61,869 bases of DNA, filler included, from Dirinaria sp. TL-2023a (GCA_051941275.1; 14 parts of 14 records of this genome joined end to end with filler, not necessarily neighbours in it), one strand, 5' to 3'; shown: positions 11,772 to 24,392, counted from the whole stretch's first letter. Numbers and translations: made by a program. Notes: a model not told the origin generated them from the letters alone.

Positions 11772-13254
11772 TCAACCACTGCCAAACATCGCTTCCCAAT
11801 CTGCGACTTTTCGATCATATTCTTCGCGCTATTGGTTATTCATCAGCATCATCTGTCCCAGTTGTCCCAATTTCTGATACTCAAGACTCACTTTCCTCGG
11901 GTCTGAGAGCACATCGGCCGCTTGCCCGACCTGGGCTGCTTTTTCGTGAATCTTCTGCTTCTCTTCTTCGGTCTTCGCAGCCAGGTTCATACGGTCTGGG
12001 TGCACTTTTACGCGCATCTTCTTCGCTGCTGTTTTGATCCTAGTGTTTCATTAACTCTGTTAGTAGAAGCTTTAAGTTCGCCTGAGCTTTAGGAGGTAGA
12101 AAAGACGTACTCTTCCTGATTACTGTCAGGGCTAATGCCCAAGATAGCATAATAATCTTGCGGCTTGGGCGGGGTCTCGTAATGTGCCCGGTTGGGCTGG
12201 GGCGGCCGTTGGGATCGGCTTCTCTGTTGTCCAGTGCGATCCTGACTGAAGTTCGAGTTAGTCTCCGGACCATTGTTTCCCCAATCGCATTCAGGCTCCG
12301 ATTCCTCGCCTGAATAGCTCGAGGCCTCGTACTCTGTCTTTCCTGACTGCCTTCTCCCCCCATCGTCCCATTGTTTCCTGCTCTGCGCTCCAGGAGGTGG
12401 AACCTTGTTGCGCCCTTCCGACCTACGACCGCGATAACCATTTGCATCATTGTGGCGGTGAGAGGAGGACCAGCCATACTCTGGCTGTGGGTGATGGCGA
12501 CTACTACTCGCGTCTGCGGCGCGGTCCCTCTGTCCAGTTGCTCCATTGTGTGGAGGGGAGTACCAGCCATGCTCTGGCTGTGGGCTACGACGACTACCAC
12601 TTGCATGCCTGGCGCCGTTTCCCTGTCCAGCTGCTCCATTGTGGCGAGAGGAGTACCCGCCATACTCTGGCTGTGGTTGACGGCGACTGCCACTTGCGTG
12701 TGCGGCACGGTCTTTCTGTCCAGTTGCTCCATTGTGGTGAGAGGAGTACTCGTACCAGGCATACTCTTGCCGTTGACGATGGCTGCTACCGGCGGCGCGT
12801 CTACTGCCATGAGGCATCGACCAGTATCCCCCAGCCTCTCGATAATCCCACTGAGAATACTCATCCTCAGGCGGCGGAGCATAAGCCGGGCCGGCGCCAT
12901 ACCGATAGAACGGAGAATCACTATCTTCAACATCGACTTCCGGCATCGGCATCTGCATCGGCGGCGGCGCATACCGAAGCTCATAGTAGTAATACTCCTC
13001 CTCATCCTCATCCCGCTCATATTCGAGCTTCGCTCCTTTTTTGACCCGCGCGGGTCTCTTCCCATCCCGCCGCTCCTGCTCGTGTCTCAGATACCGCTCG
13101 CGCCGTCGTCTCCAGCGTTCATCCGCATCGTACCATGCCTGCGTTTTTCGCCCGTATTTATCTCTTAGACCGGCTTCTGTTTCGGCTTTGAAGTCATTGT
13201 AGTAGGCTCTTGAATCTTGGACTCGGGTTTTGAATTGAGTGTATAGGCCTGGCA
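11772..13254 (-). CDS. C-terminal J-domain (DnaJ-like) protein with a long low-complexity repeat region, 5' truncated
   Basis: QDYYAILGISPDSNQEE / IKTAAKKMRVKVHPDRMN...AADVLSDPRK / REEYDR with the HPD motif; the frame stays open to the contig end at 13254. Confidence 0.85.
12455..12770. repeat. 93-bp (31-aa) coding tandem repeat, about 3.3 copies
   Basis: CTCCATTGTG recurs at 12541, 12634 and 12727; peptide unit QPEYGGYSSRHNGAAGQGNGARHASGSRRSP. Confidence 0.9.
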
Positions 13255-13854
13255 NNNNNNNNNNNNNNNNNNNNNNNNNNNNNNNNNNNNNNNNNNNNTT
13301 AATTAATTAANNNNNNNNNNNNNNNNNNNNNNNNNNNNNNNNNNNNNNNNNNNNATCTCATAGTGTATTGCTAGCACTCAAGAGAAAAAATAATAAGGAG
13401 GGAAAAAGGCAAAAGCTCAGGCCTACTCGGCCAATGTACCCGCTTGTTGATAACATGTTCTCTAACTTAGAAATATATAGTGTAATTAAGGTATGCTATC
13501 TCTGATTCCATTTCAACACCTTCAATTTGGGGAGTAAGCTCACAAATGTCTACTTTACTTATTTTGTTCCACACTACGGTCATTACCTATCTTCTATAAT
13601 ATACATATTTCTCCTCTCCAGTCGGTCCTGCCTAGGTCGGCTGGCTATCTGACCTAAGTCTCCTGTAACATTGACTATGATTTAGAACAGGCCAAATTCA
13701 TACTGACAAACGACCTAGCTACTGTCAATGTATTTACATGTTAACTCCGTTAGATCTCCTATGTCTGCATATACCGGAAAGTAATCTTGTACTTGGAGTT
13801 CCGCACGGCCTCCTAGCAGAAGCAGAAGCGTTTCCTTTGTTTATTAAGCAGCGA

Positions 13855-14892
13855 ATGACAGAGCCAAATCCATCACAATTAGATTTCATACAGACCAATG
13901 TCAAATTTCAATGTGAGCCTTTCATAGATTCGAAACCCGACATTGTTCTCCGTGCTCGAAATGATCCTCGAATCACGTTGCCACAACTGGAAAGGAGGCA
14001 CGTGGCAAAAGATCCTGATCATTGCTCGAACAATAGAGTCTTCAGTCCGGATAAAGGTTTGAAGAAAAACGAACAATGTGCGTTGAAGCATGGCGATGGC
14101 ACAATAGCATTGTTTGACAAAGGCTGAATTGCTTTGTCTACAAATTTTGATAGATAAAGAGGCAGAATTTGCGATAGTTCAGCTTTCATCGACACCGATA
14201 TCGTCTATCAGCCTACCGACACAGAAGCTCCATTCTCACTTCTTGAAGAAAAAATCAAACCCGACATCCCAACGTGCTCATCTGATTGATTCAGAAGAAC
14301 AATGTCCGATCTCTATCTTCGCCGCTCGGTACGCCGCGCATACATCCGCGCCATCGAAGCGGACTGGAACGTTGCTGCTGATGCCGGTATGCCCTCCCCT
14401 ATGATAACGCCTCTACAGCTGTCTCAAGTGTCCCCCAACAAAACCCAGCGTCCGGTCGACCATTCCACAGCTGAAGCCAGCATCCCCTTCCCGAGCCAAG
14501 AAAAAGCGCTCGCGCTGGAGCATGGTTCGCGCTGGCCTAGATGCCCAATAAAGGACTCGCATTCATGTCCCGATCGCTATTTCCACGCGAACCAGTATCC
14601 GAACAAGCAGCAGTGCGATATGCTGGCCCAGGAAGGGTTTACCAATTTCTTCGAAGGAGGGAACCCGCCACCTATGATTTGGGCCGCGTTCTATCGCATC
14701 CTGAACGGTGAGACTGATGGTGTGTTATTGAATAAGATCTACGCTTATCGGTTCAATCATTGCCCGGCTAGAAGGACAGAGCTTTTGAAGCAGAAGAAAG
14801 CACAGGTTGAGGAGGAGGAATTGATGAGGAAAGTCAATCAGATGAATCTTGAGATTGAGAAGGATCTGGATGTGAAAATGGGTGGTCATTGA
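13855..14892 (+). pseudogene. Probable pseudogene of a hypothetical protein (or an intact 196-aa ORF at 14302-14892)
   Basis: ORFs 13738-14127 and 14302-14892 share one frame and are separated by only three stops (TGA, TAA, TGA). Confidence 0.4.
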
Positions 14893-16303
14893 TGCTGCTC
14901 TCTGCAGATGTTGGGCTCTATTCAGAAGGTCAGTCGTATCTCCTACTGTTATTAAGTTACGGCATACAGGCATGGGGGTGTTTGATCAAGGTTGCATGTA
15001 GTTCCAGTGGCATCTAGCCATAGTAATCTTAATCTTCTGGCTTTCGAGTAGATCATGTCCGAATCCAAACACTGCCTTTTGTCTAATGATGGAAAAGTCT
15101 CGAAACCTGCTCCTGAAGCTCAAAGACATGCTTCTAGAGTACAATGAGCTTATTGATATTGTGAGGGAAAAAAAAAGGCACCCACTGCAGCCACGCCACT
15201 CTCCCCACTAAACCCACCCAGGCACTATACATACATCAATCGACAATATCCTCCACATCTCCTCTGCAATTCCAAAAAAAATATCACTTCTTCCGATAAA
15301 AATAGATACTGTCTTAGCTCAAGAGCCTCCGTTATAGAATTGCAAACAGCGAAGCCATTCTTTCTTCACCGACGTTTTTCACATTAACGGATTGCCGATT
15401 CAAAAGCGGCACTCTTGGGATCAATCAATTCATGGCCACTTCGTGAAAACGTGTTTTTGCTAAACTTTAGATTCTGTCAGGGTAAGGAAAGTAATGATTT
15501 CGATTCTAAGAGATCGGAGGGTTGAAGGCAAGCATTGGTATATGAGAGTGAGTAGTGGTCGGGGAGGGAGACTGGTATGTCAGTAGAGAACGCTGGTATG
15601 GTGGCAGTGAGACTTCAAAGGAATTGAAAAAGAAAATAGATCAAAATAAGATAAACACCTGATTTGTACAGCTTCGATCCGATGAACTTCAAAAATCCAC
15701 AGCTCTAACTTCCTTTTTCACTATCTTCCTTTCAGCAGCGACAATTTCACATCTCCTCCCTAAACAGGCGAATCATTTAAATGTGTTTATTACTTAATCC
15801 GCGGCACTATATACAATACTCATTCCGCTAAACCAAGTGGCTTTAAGTATGCCCCGAAGGCGCTATCAAAATCTCAAGATATCAGATTTCAAATATTGAT
15901 GATGAAATAAGAATGCTCTGTATAATTCCGGATCCTGCTTTTCTGACTCTTGGTGTCATTTTTGCAGATTCTCTAAACTATTGATAATTGATTCAGTAAA
16001 AAAAGGCACGGGACGGTTTCTGAATCCACGGCAATGTTGTAAGCAGCTTTTCCAGGGAAAATTCAGAAGCTGGGTCAAGACGCGTGGACGTTTATAGACA
16101 TACTAAATCAATTTTTCATTTTAAAAAATTTTGACTTTGTACAATTGAATGAACGTCTCGGCACATTTGAAAACATATCAAATCGAGTCTTGGATCTCTT
16201 TGAATTATTTATGTACTCTTTGTGCTGTTCGAGTTTACTGACGAGAGCGGACTGTTGAGATTCGCTAGTTGATTTTGATCTCTCTTTTTTTTTTCTCTTT
16301 TTG

Positions 16304-16549
16304 TGTTGTGATGCCAAATAGCAACGTCCAAAAAGTGGGAGAATGAGTGTATTCAAGGCTAAGTTGCTAAGTCCAGAAGGACCGTCTATATACCAGGAAA
16401 GCTAGCTAGTCTAGATGTGGTATAGTAATAGAGGGGTGACTAGGAAGGCGCCCCAAAGTGCAGTCACCAGGGTCATATGGACCCTGGCCGCGCTATTGGA
16501 CCAGAAACTCTGGTCCATCTAAATAGCAATACCAAGCCATGCTATAACA
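16304..16549. mobile_element. Solo LTR (246 bp) with 5-bp target-site duplication
   Basis: Termini TGTTG...TAACA, flanked on both sides by TTTTG (16299-16303 and 16550-16554); GC-richer than the flanks. Confidence 0.75.
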
Positions 16550-16934
16550 TTTTGAAAATATCAGAGCTTATTTTCGCTATGCGATGTATCCTTCGTTGAA
16601 TGAGCATCACGATTCAACCTCATTCTCTCCCGCTTCTCACAAATTGAAAAACAATAATGACATGAAGTGCCACATTAAATACGACTGTTCGAGGCGATTA
16701 TGCTCTGCATGAGAATGGAATTTGGGTGGAGGATGATCGATCTCCTAAAGCTTACTATCCGAATTGCTAAATACATCCAGCGCCAGGGGCGTCAAGGCGA
16801 GGAAAAAGGGAAAGAGCAAAAAGTAACTCTGGTATTCACGATACATTATGATTGAACCAAATGGCCCAACGTAACAGATTATTAAGGAGTTGAAATCATG
16901 AATCTGACACGTTATCAGTGAATATTCTTTTTAG

Positions 16935-17640
16935 ACTTAGACATCGGTAGTTAGCTTCACAACCAGGTTTAAGTTCTTCAGGGTCTTCTCCTTTTGAAGG
17001 ACGTCAAACAGCGTTGTGAGAATGCTGACGGCTTGATAATGTTGCTCTTGCACTTAGGCCAGCTCTTTCTTGAGGTTGTGCATCTCGTCTTGAAGAATAC
17101 TTAAGTGTGTGGCGTCGATGATCTCATGATCCGGTTCGGCTCCTTCGAAAGTGCTCGCCGTACTATCCGTTTTATTATTTCATGGAATATTTCCAAAGAC
17201 AGTCAAGAGTATTTTGAAGGGTTGAGAGTGCTCCACGTTAGTGAGCTTTTTTAGGACAGCGTTGACTACCTAGTGATCGTGTTTGAAAAGTGTCTTAAAG
17301 CTGTTTTGATGATCGAATGCTTAAATGTCATTCCCAAATGCACACGCTCTTGAACACGTCTGCCCCCTTATACAATCTTTGAGCTTGTGATATCTTGAGG
17401 CAGATTCAGTAAATCGCCGGAATTGAAAAAGAGTATCTTAACATTCTCGAGTAATATGTTAAACCTGAAGTTGTCGAAGCCCAACTGCATTTGTACAAAA
17501 ACTACACTTATTAACTCAACTGCTCAAAATCTGACAACACATTTTACTGCTTCAGATATTCTTTCATCAATCAGATGTCTCGACTTTGAAGCGTGACTCG
17601 TTTATTGTGAATGATTGCTCTAACAGTGACTGTATCTCAT
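16935..17640 (-). pseudogene. Degenerate coding relic of unknown family in an AT-rich region
   Basis: Long frame ...VVNAVLKKLTNVEHSQPFKILLTVFGNIP*...LSILQDEMHNLKKELA*VQEQHYQAVSIL... broken by isolated stops. Confidence 0.3.
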
Positions 17641-17935
17641 TAGTACTAGTATTCGATCGACGATGAGAGAATCTACAAAAAAAAAAAAAAAACACANNNN
17701 NNNNNNNNNNNNNNNNNNNNNNNNNNNNNNNNNNNNNNNNTTAATTAATTAANNNNNNNNNNNNNNNNNNNNNNNNNNNNNNNNNNNNNNNNNNNNCCCT
17801 TCCTCCCTTCCAACATCAATAACAAACCCCCTTTAAAAAACACCCCCCCCTCCGCCTTTCCGTTTTCCCGACCTAAATTTCCAAATTTTAATCCATGTGC
17901 ACACGATCTTTGAAGCTGAAATTGTTTTTCCCTAG

Positions 17936-18111
17936 CCGTCCACAACCTCACAGAGATATGTTGGAAGAAATGTATCACGGGGAAAATTTCGGGCAGCAAG
18001 CTCAGCAGCTACGAGGAATCGTGTACGCAGAACTGCGTGGAAAGGTTCCTGGATTCGAATATGGCGGTGCTGAAACATTTGGAAGCGATGAAAAACGGGG
18101 GAGGGGATTGA
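17936..18111 (+). CDS. TIM8: Mitochondrial small TIM chaperone Tim8, last exon (not in ORF track)
   Basis: After acceptor CCTAG: VHNLTEICWKKCITGKISGSKLSSYEESCTQNCVERFLDSNMAVLKHLEAMKNGGGD*; twin CX3C motif. Confidence 0.9.
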
Positions 18112-18429
18112 AGCTAGTGGGGGGATTCTGCTGCGGAGGATAGAGGGCTTGGTTGGAAAGGAAGCGGGAGGGTTGAGCTTGTACAATTATGGGATCGCAT
18201 TTCGGTTCGGCGCTGTCACAAAGGATGTCTGCATATAGACGGCGAAAAAGATCATGCATCGCCACTTTTAGACCACTGGTCGTGTATTGCATAGACTCTA
18301 GCAGGTTAGCCGCGGAGGAGGCACAATTCATTTTCGGGTTTCGAAGGGTAAGACGTGGGGTTTTCATGACGTTTCTTGCTGCCAATGCTAGCTAGCTATG
18401 TCGCTCTCGATCGCTTCATAACTCCGCCC

Positions 18430-19217
18430 CTAGACAATTGCCAATTTTGTCGCTGCAATGTCTAATGCATCCACATCCGGCGTCAACCTCGCGTACGCTT
18501 TCTTCGTCCCATCCGGCCTATCGAAGTCATTGATGTCAGACACTGCTTGCCATATTGATGATCCACGGTGTCCAATTGACTCTGGGACAAGAAGTGTAGA
18601 ACACACCTGATCAAGGTATTGACCTTCACACAATCCACATTGTACAATTTCTTCAACGCATCCTTGATCTGCCTCTTATTGGCCTTCACGTCACATATGA
18701 ACACCAGCGTATTATTCTCTTCGATCTTCTTCATCGCACTTTCCGTGTTCAGGGGGTGCACGAGCACTTTGTGGTGATCGAGGCGAGGTTCATGAGGAAC
18801 GGATTTGCGAGGGTATTTGGGTGACCGAGAGAGTTGCAGGGTCTTGGGCCGGTGGAAGGTCGTTGTGAGGCGTACTTTCCGGACTTTCTTGGTATTTACC
18901 TGCGGAATGGGTGAGAATGGTGAGAAAGATTGGAAGACTTGGGGAGCTTTACGCCTCGCAATGCGGCTTTGGCGGCGGCGTGAGCTTTAGGCTGCGCTTT
19001 CGTAGGCTTGGGCTTGGGACCTATGATATTTTTGTCAGCAAATATGTATAAATACTAATTCTCGAAAGTCAATGTTGATCGGTGCGTTGGTTAAGTTGGG
19101 CATCAATCCACCAGATATTCAGTGGGAAGCATCCGAACGGTGCTGTGGTCGGATTGTTGTGGGAGGAAATTATGAATGCATGAGCTTACCCTTCTTCTGG
19201 GCTTCTTTCGGCGCCAT
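18430..19217 (-). CDS. RPL25: 60S ribosomal protein L25 (uL23)
   Basis: MAPKEAQKK... [69 protein letters not shown]; three introns. Confidence 0.97.
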
Positions 19218-19472
19218 CGCAGGTGCGTTGGGATGTATATCGTGGTCGAGAAACGATATCTTCTTCAAGTCGCAGTTGAATTCAAGATGTTTCTCGCTTA
19301 ACCAAAACCCTAGTTTGTGGGCCACTCTACGGCGAGCCAACATTACCTCCAGCGCAATTCTTTCTTCACCTATCGCGCTCTATAATTCTGCTCCGCTATA
19401 ATCAAGTATGGGCTGATAGCATGATCCAGCGCCTATCAGCTCAGCTGATGAGGCTCGATCCAATTCAGTGAT

Positions 19473-20366
19473 ATGACGAAGAAAAAGCACAACAAACGCC
19501 CAAAGCTTCTATCCCACACCCGCCCCGCCGGCGTCCAGAAGCCCAGAACACTCTCTTCGCACTCCACTCGTTCTTTAATTCGCAATCACCATACGCTACA
19601 CAAACAGCTATGCTCAGCTCTTGCAAGGAAAGACTCTTCCGCTGCCGCCTCAATTGAGACTCAACTGTCCGCCTCCGGTGGTTTGGCCACGTACCAACAA
19701 GCCAGTATCCAAGGGCAATCCCTCGAACGCGGCGGGGATGCGAGCAAGGTGCTAGTCGGATGGCTTTCGGGGAACGATTCAACTGCGACACACTCAGGGG
19801 CTGTTTCCAATTCAACAAGGCTCCGCATGCTCGAAGTTGGTGCCCTGAGGGTTGATAATGCTTGCTCACGCAGTAGGCTCTTCGATATGACGAGGATCGA
19901 TCTACATTCGCAGCATCCAGATATTGAGACACAGGACTTCATGCAGCGACCTATTCCACCACCCACCCAGATTCAGAAGGAGGGCTATGATGTAGTGAGT
20001 TTGAGCCTGGTCGTCAATTATGTGGGAGACGCAGTAAGCCGAGGAGATATGCTGGGGCGAGTTTCTTCGTTCCTGCGCTCAAAGTCAACGGACGCAGAGG
20101 GTGTAGAGGGTCTCTTTCCGGCCTTATTCCTTGTGTTACCTGCGCCTTGCGTTCTGAATTCGAGGTATCTGGATGAGGCTAGGCTGGAGGAGATCATGCT
20201 GAGTTTGGGGTACAAGAAAGCAAGAAGAAAATTGAGCGAGAAGCTGGTGTATTACCTTTGGTACTACGATGAGACGCTAGAGTCAGAGAAAGAGAACAAG
20301 AGATTCAAAAAGGAGCAGATTAGGACGGGCGGCTCTAGAAACAATTTTGCCATTGTATTGCGCTGA
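19473..20366 (+). CDS. BMT2: 25S rRNA adenine-N1 methyltransferase Bmt2
   Basis: GGLATYQQASIQGQSLERGGD, MLEVGAL, IDLHSQHPDIETQDFM, SLSLVVNYV, LVLPAPCVLNSRY, NNFAIVL; single exon. Confidence 0.92.
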   Translation: MTKKKHNKRPKLLSHTRPAGVQKPRTLSSHSTRSLIRNHHTLHKQLCSALARKDSSAAASIETQLSASGGLATYQQASIQGQSLERGGDASKVLVGWLSGNDSTATHSGAVSNSTRLRMLEVGALRVDNACSRSRLFDMTRIDLHSQHPDIETQDFMQRPIPPPTQIQKEGYDVVSLSLVVNYVGDAVSRGDMLGRVSSFLRSKSTDAEGVEGLFPALFLVLPAPCVLNSRYLDEARLEEIMLSLGYKKARRKLSEKLVYYLWYYDETLESEKENKRFKKEQIRTGGSRNNFAIVLR

Positions 20367-20602
20367 GAACGACAATGCTGGGTCCTGAATCATGAATTGG
20401 TTAATTGTTGGACGGTATCTGTAGTAGCTTTCACGGGCCTAAGTCATCGGCGATGTGATCTATTTACCGCATTGCAGAACTCCCATTGTGCCAGGAATAG
20501 ACATGCCCCTGATCCCAATATACCCTGGCTGATTCAATGCATATTCGCCTTCCGTGAACCCATCTTACAATACCCTGTATCAACGCCTCCGCTCAATGCA
20601 GC

Positions 20603-21367
20603 TCATAAAGCAAGGTTATACGTGTAGTCATCTTCCATGTTCTGCGATACCCAGAGCACGACACAGCTAAAACCTGTGAGCACATGACTACAGAAATGGC
20701 ATACGTGATATCCTCACCTCAGCATGATCAAGGCATTGGCGATAACATTCGCAACGCCGAAGTAGAGCGTCGGAAACGGGTATTTCGGCACCACATACTT
20801 CAGCACCATAACAGTCTGCAGCAACGATCAAGTCAGCGCACATACGTAAGAGGACAACCCCTTCCCTCCGTTACTTCTTGAGCATGGAGTATCCACTCAC
20901 CACACTGCCCGCCAACCCCCCAGCCATAAGCGCAAAGCCGAGGAAAAGGACCAGTCGCGCCTTCCAAGCCACCCCGGTTCCACTGTAGCTGTAGCTATCG
21001 GCGCTCAATCTCGTCTTTTCAATGCTGTTGATGACCAGCATGCCCAAGCTGGAACATATCCCGGGGATCCAGTCCACGAACTTAATGTGAACATCGGAGC
21101 CGTTTTTGAGGGAGGCGCTGTAGGTTGCCGCATCGATGAAGAAGAAGAAACCCAGAGAGAACTAGTGGTGGCAGGGCGGGTTAGTAAAGTAAGATCGTAG
21201 TCAAAGTAGTGCACCTGACAAGAAAATTGATCGGAGAGAGGGTGAAAGAGTACGACGAGAGGAGAAAGACGTACGAGAGCGCCAGCGAGGTAAACGCCTG
21301 CGGTGCGAGTGTTGGGACTGTTGAGCCATTGCGGCTTGGGAAATCGGAACAGACGATGTTCTGACAT
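20603..21367 (-). CDS. VPS68: Vacuolar protein sorting protein Vps68 (UPF0220)
   Basis: RTAGVYLAGAL, DWIPGICSSLGMLVINSIEK, WKARLVLFLGFALMAGGLAGS, VLWVSQNMEDDYTYNLAL*; three introns. Confidence 0.92.
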
Positions 21368-22352
21368 TGTGGCTTCTAGAGCAAGGAGGTAGCAAGCAGA
21401 AGGATATAACTATGGCGTCGAAAATTCTTGAGTCTGCTCTGATGAGCCTAGATATCTGACAAAGTGGACTGAATGAGTGCTTGCGAAATGGCTGGCACAG
21501 CTGTCAGTATTCAGAGGCTCAGAGATACTCGGGTGCCGAGCTATGTTAGGGTTGCAGAAGGGTTGGAGAAGTCTAACCTGATAGAGGGTTTTTGAAGAAA
21601 TCTGTTCAGTACGCACATATATCCACTAGACTCGGGCACTACTCTTAGACAAGCATTACCTGATCAAGGTTTTTGAAGGCGGTCTGTTCAACATCTGCCG
21701 GCACAGCACTACAGAAAATCATGAGACATACCTTATCTCATCATCAAATGAGACAGTGAGATCCACATAAGCCATAAAAATTCAATAAGCCCAACCCAAT
21801 AAAGATTTCTGAAAGTGATCCGTTTAGTATCTGTCGTCACAGACTGATCAAAAAGTCACTGACAAAAACACAAAATCTTTCTTAGAGCCTAACAAATAGA
21901 AGATTTGCAAAGAAAATTGTTCAGTCCAAGATACCTTACCTACAGACTACTCCAGGCTTCAACAAAAAATGTGAAGTGTCTAACCCAATCCAGGTTTCCC
22001 AAAGATCTTTATTCGATCTCTGTCGCTAACGGCTCTTTGATGTGATTTCTACAGGATATCTCTCCTAGGGTTCACCAAGGTCTTTCTTGATCTAACCCAA
22101 AGTAGGTTTGCCAGGGGAATCTGTTCAGTCTGNNNNNNNNNNNNNNNNNNNNNNNNNNNNNNNNNNNNNNNNNNNNTTAATTAATTAANNNNNNNNNNNN
22201 NNNNNNNNNNNNNNNNNNNNNNNNNNNNNNNNCTACCGGAGTAGAGGTACCGCGCCAACTACCTTACCGTAATTGAATACCTTACAATAACAATGCAGCA
22301 TCAGAAAAAAAAAAAAAAAAAAAAAGCCACCACTACGCACTACTAAAGCTAC

Positions 22353-24392
22353 CTACCACATAAACCTCTGCACCCTGCCCACCTCCTGCGGCCACGCAAA
22401 GCCCCGATACAGGAACACATACCCGGTCACCGCATTAATAGCCACAAACCACGCCGTCTCAAGCCACAGCTTATGATCGTGCCCGCTATCCCATTTCGTG
22501 ATGCGGAACTCGTCCTCGCCGCGCTGCATCTTGACGCGGCGCAGCACGGGCTGCGGCGCCATCAGATGCAGCCTCCACACGAGCCAGGGCAGGATGAAGT
22601 AGCGGGGTTCGACGAGGGGCGCGGTGGCGAGGGATAAGCTTGTGGCGAGGAGCCAGATGAGCACGAAGGGCACGCTGTTCCCCCGTTTCGGCCAGGGGTG
22701 CGTGGCGGGCGGTTTGAGGCGCTTGTTGCTGTTGTTGTTGTTGCGGATGCGCGTCTGGATTATGTTTGGGTTGGTTGGTTTGTGGTCTGGGCCGGCTAGG
22801 GCCGTGAGAACGGCCCAGGCGCAGAGGAAGTAGATTGGGACGCTGAGGTATTTGATTGCGGGGTGTGAGAGGAGGAGGAGGCGGAAGATGTAGAACATGT
22901 AGTGCCGGTTGTCGGCTAGGGTGAAGGGGTGGATGATCGTGTTGTAGTGTACGATTGCTAGCATGGCGGTCATGATTGCGATTGAGACGAGGAGGCTCGG
23001 GGCGTGGGTTTTGGCTTGGGGGAGTCGGAGGCGTTTGGGGAGGATGGTGATGTCTGGGATGAAGAGGTTGAGGAGCCAGGGGTAGAGCATTGGTAGGGAA
23101 AAGAATGTGAAGTATGGCCAGATGTAGAGCATTTGAGCGAGGTGGATCGAGGCCACATGGTTTTCTTTGTCGCCTGTGAGATTGGATGAGCTGAGCATTC
23201 TTGCTAGTGACCTGCTTGATGTCGAGAGACGATGGGCAAGGTAAACCCTACCTAAGACAACGCCGCCGTTCCACATTACAAATGCGCCAAACGCCGCGAG
23301 GAGTAGGAAAAATGGTCTGAACGCGCGGAAGACGATACGAAGGTTTAGCAGAACAGCAATCACAAGTGATATGCCCGACATAAGATACTCTGCCGACCTG
23401 GAGTCAGCAGAGCGGTACAATAGGAGAAGACGAATCCAAACCTTGGAAGTTTGCCTGGTTCACGAGCGGCGCATAGACGCAGCCGTGTTGCCAGCTGCCG
23501 GCTACAACGTCGAAGAACGTCGGATTCTTGGGGTATTCTACATTCGGCCGTCCGCCGGGGAGGGCACGCAGCACTTCGATGCCTCCTGTGTAGAGGGAGA
23601 CCCAGAAGATGTTGGTCTGTCTGAAGAAGAGCGATAGGAGACCAGCGAGGATGAAACGCTTCCTCCACTGCATGAGGTAGCAACGATACGCGCAGATAAC
23701 GGACAATGCAGACGCAACGTCTGTGTAATAGAGACCGTAGAAGAAGAAGAGTGGAGGAAAGAGGCAGATATTGAAAGCGGTGTGCCGGAAGATCGCTTTG
23801 GACCAGCCACGCTCTACTTTTGATCTCAGGTTAGTAGCACGGGACTGGACATCGTAGCTGTCGGCAATGACGAAGGCTGTAAAGAGCACTTGGTAGGGCA
23901 TAAAAAAAGCGCCGAGGTCGAAGTTGAGATAGCGGAGCCAAGTCACAGTGACTGTACCCGACCAAATCAAGAAAGCTCCGAACGACACTTGGACGTAGGA
24001 GAGGAGGTATCTGGAGCTCTATCAGCAAACCGGCAGCACCACTTTGAACCTTGGATTGGGATTTTCTAGTAGATCATACATGGCCCTGAAATAAGGTTCG
24101 TCTACACTTACAGGCCTGGAGGTGTGGTGATCTTCGGATGCCATGCATTCCAGCGACCTTGCAGGTACAGCTGAGCTTGCTGAACATGGAAGAATTCGTC
24201 CTGCATAGATACTGTCACGGATATTTCATATCAGCAAATATACGAGCGACTTACCAGATAGGGTTGGGGCACATTCTTGTTAACAAGATACAGCCAGCAA
24301 AAGACTGCTATTGCGAAGGCTGACCAGATGGATGGAGTACTTTTGATCGCTGAAAGGAGAGGAGACTCTGTAAGAGGAGGACGAGGAGGCAT
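22353..24392 (-). CDS. ALG10: Alpha-1,2-glucosyltransferase Alg10/Die2
   Basis: [85 protein letters not shown]. Confidence 0.95.

Noticed and set aside
12040..13168. Four long overlapping ORFs on both strands
   Set aside because: Explained by a GC-rich 93-bp in-phase repeat poor in stop codons; only one frame joins the J-domain.
15230..15540. Possible minus-strand pseudogene with several TGA codons at Trp-like positions
   Set aside because: All three frames have stops and no family motif is recognisable, so the frame cannot be chosen.
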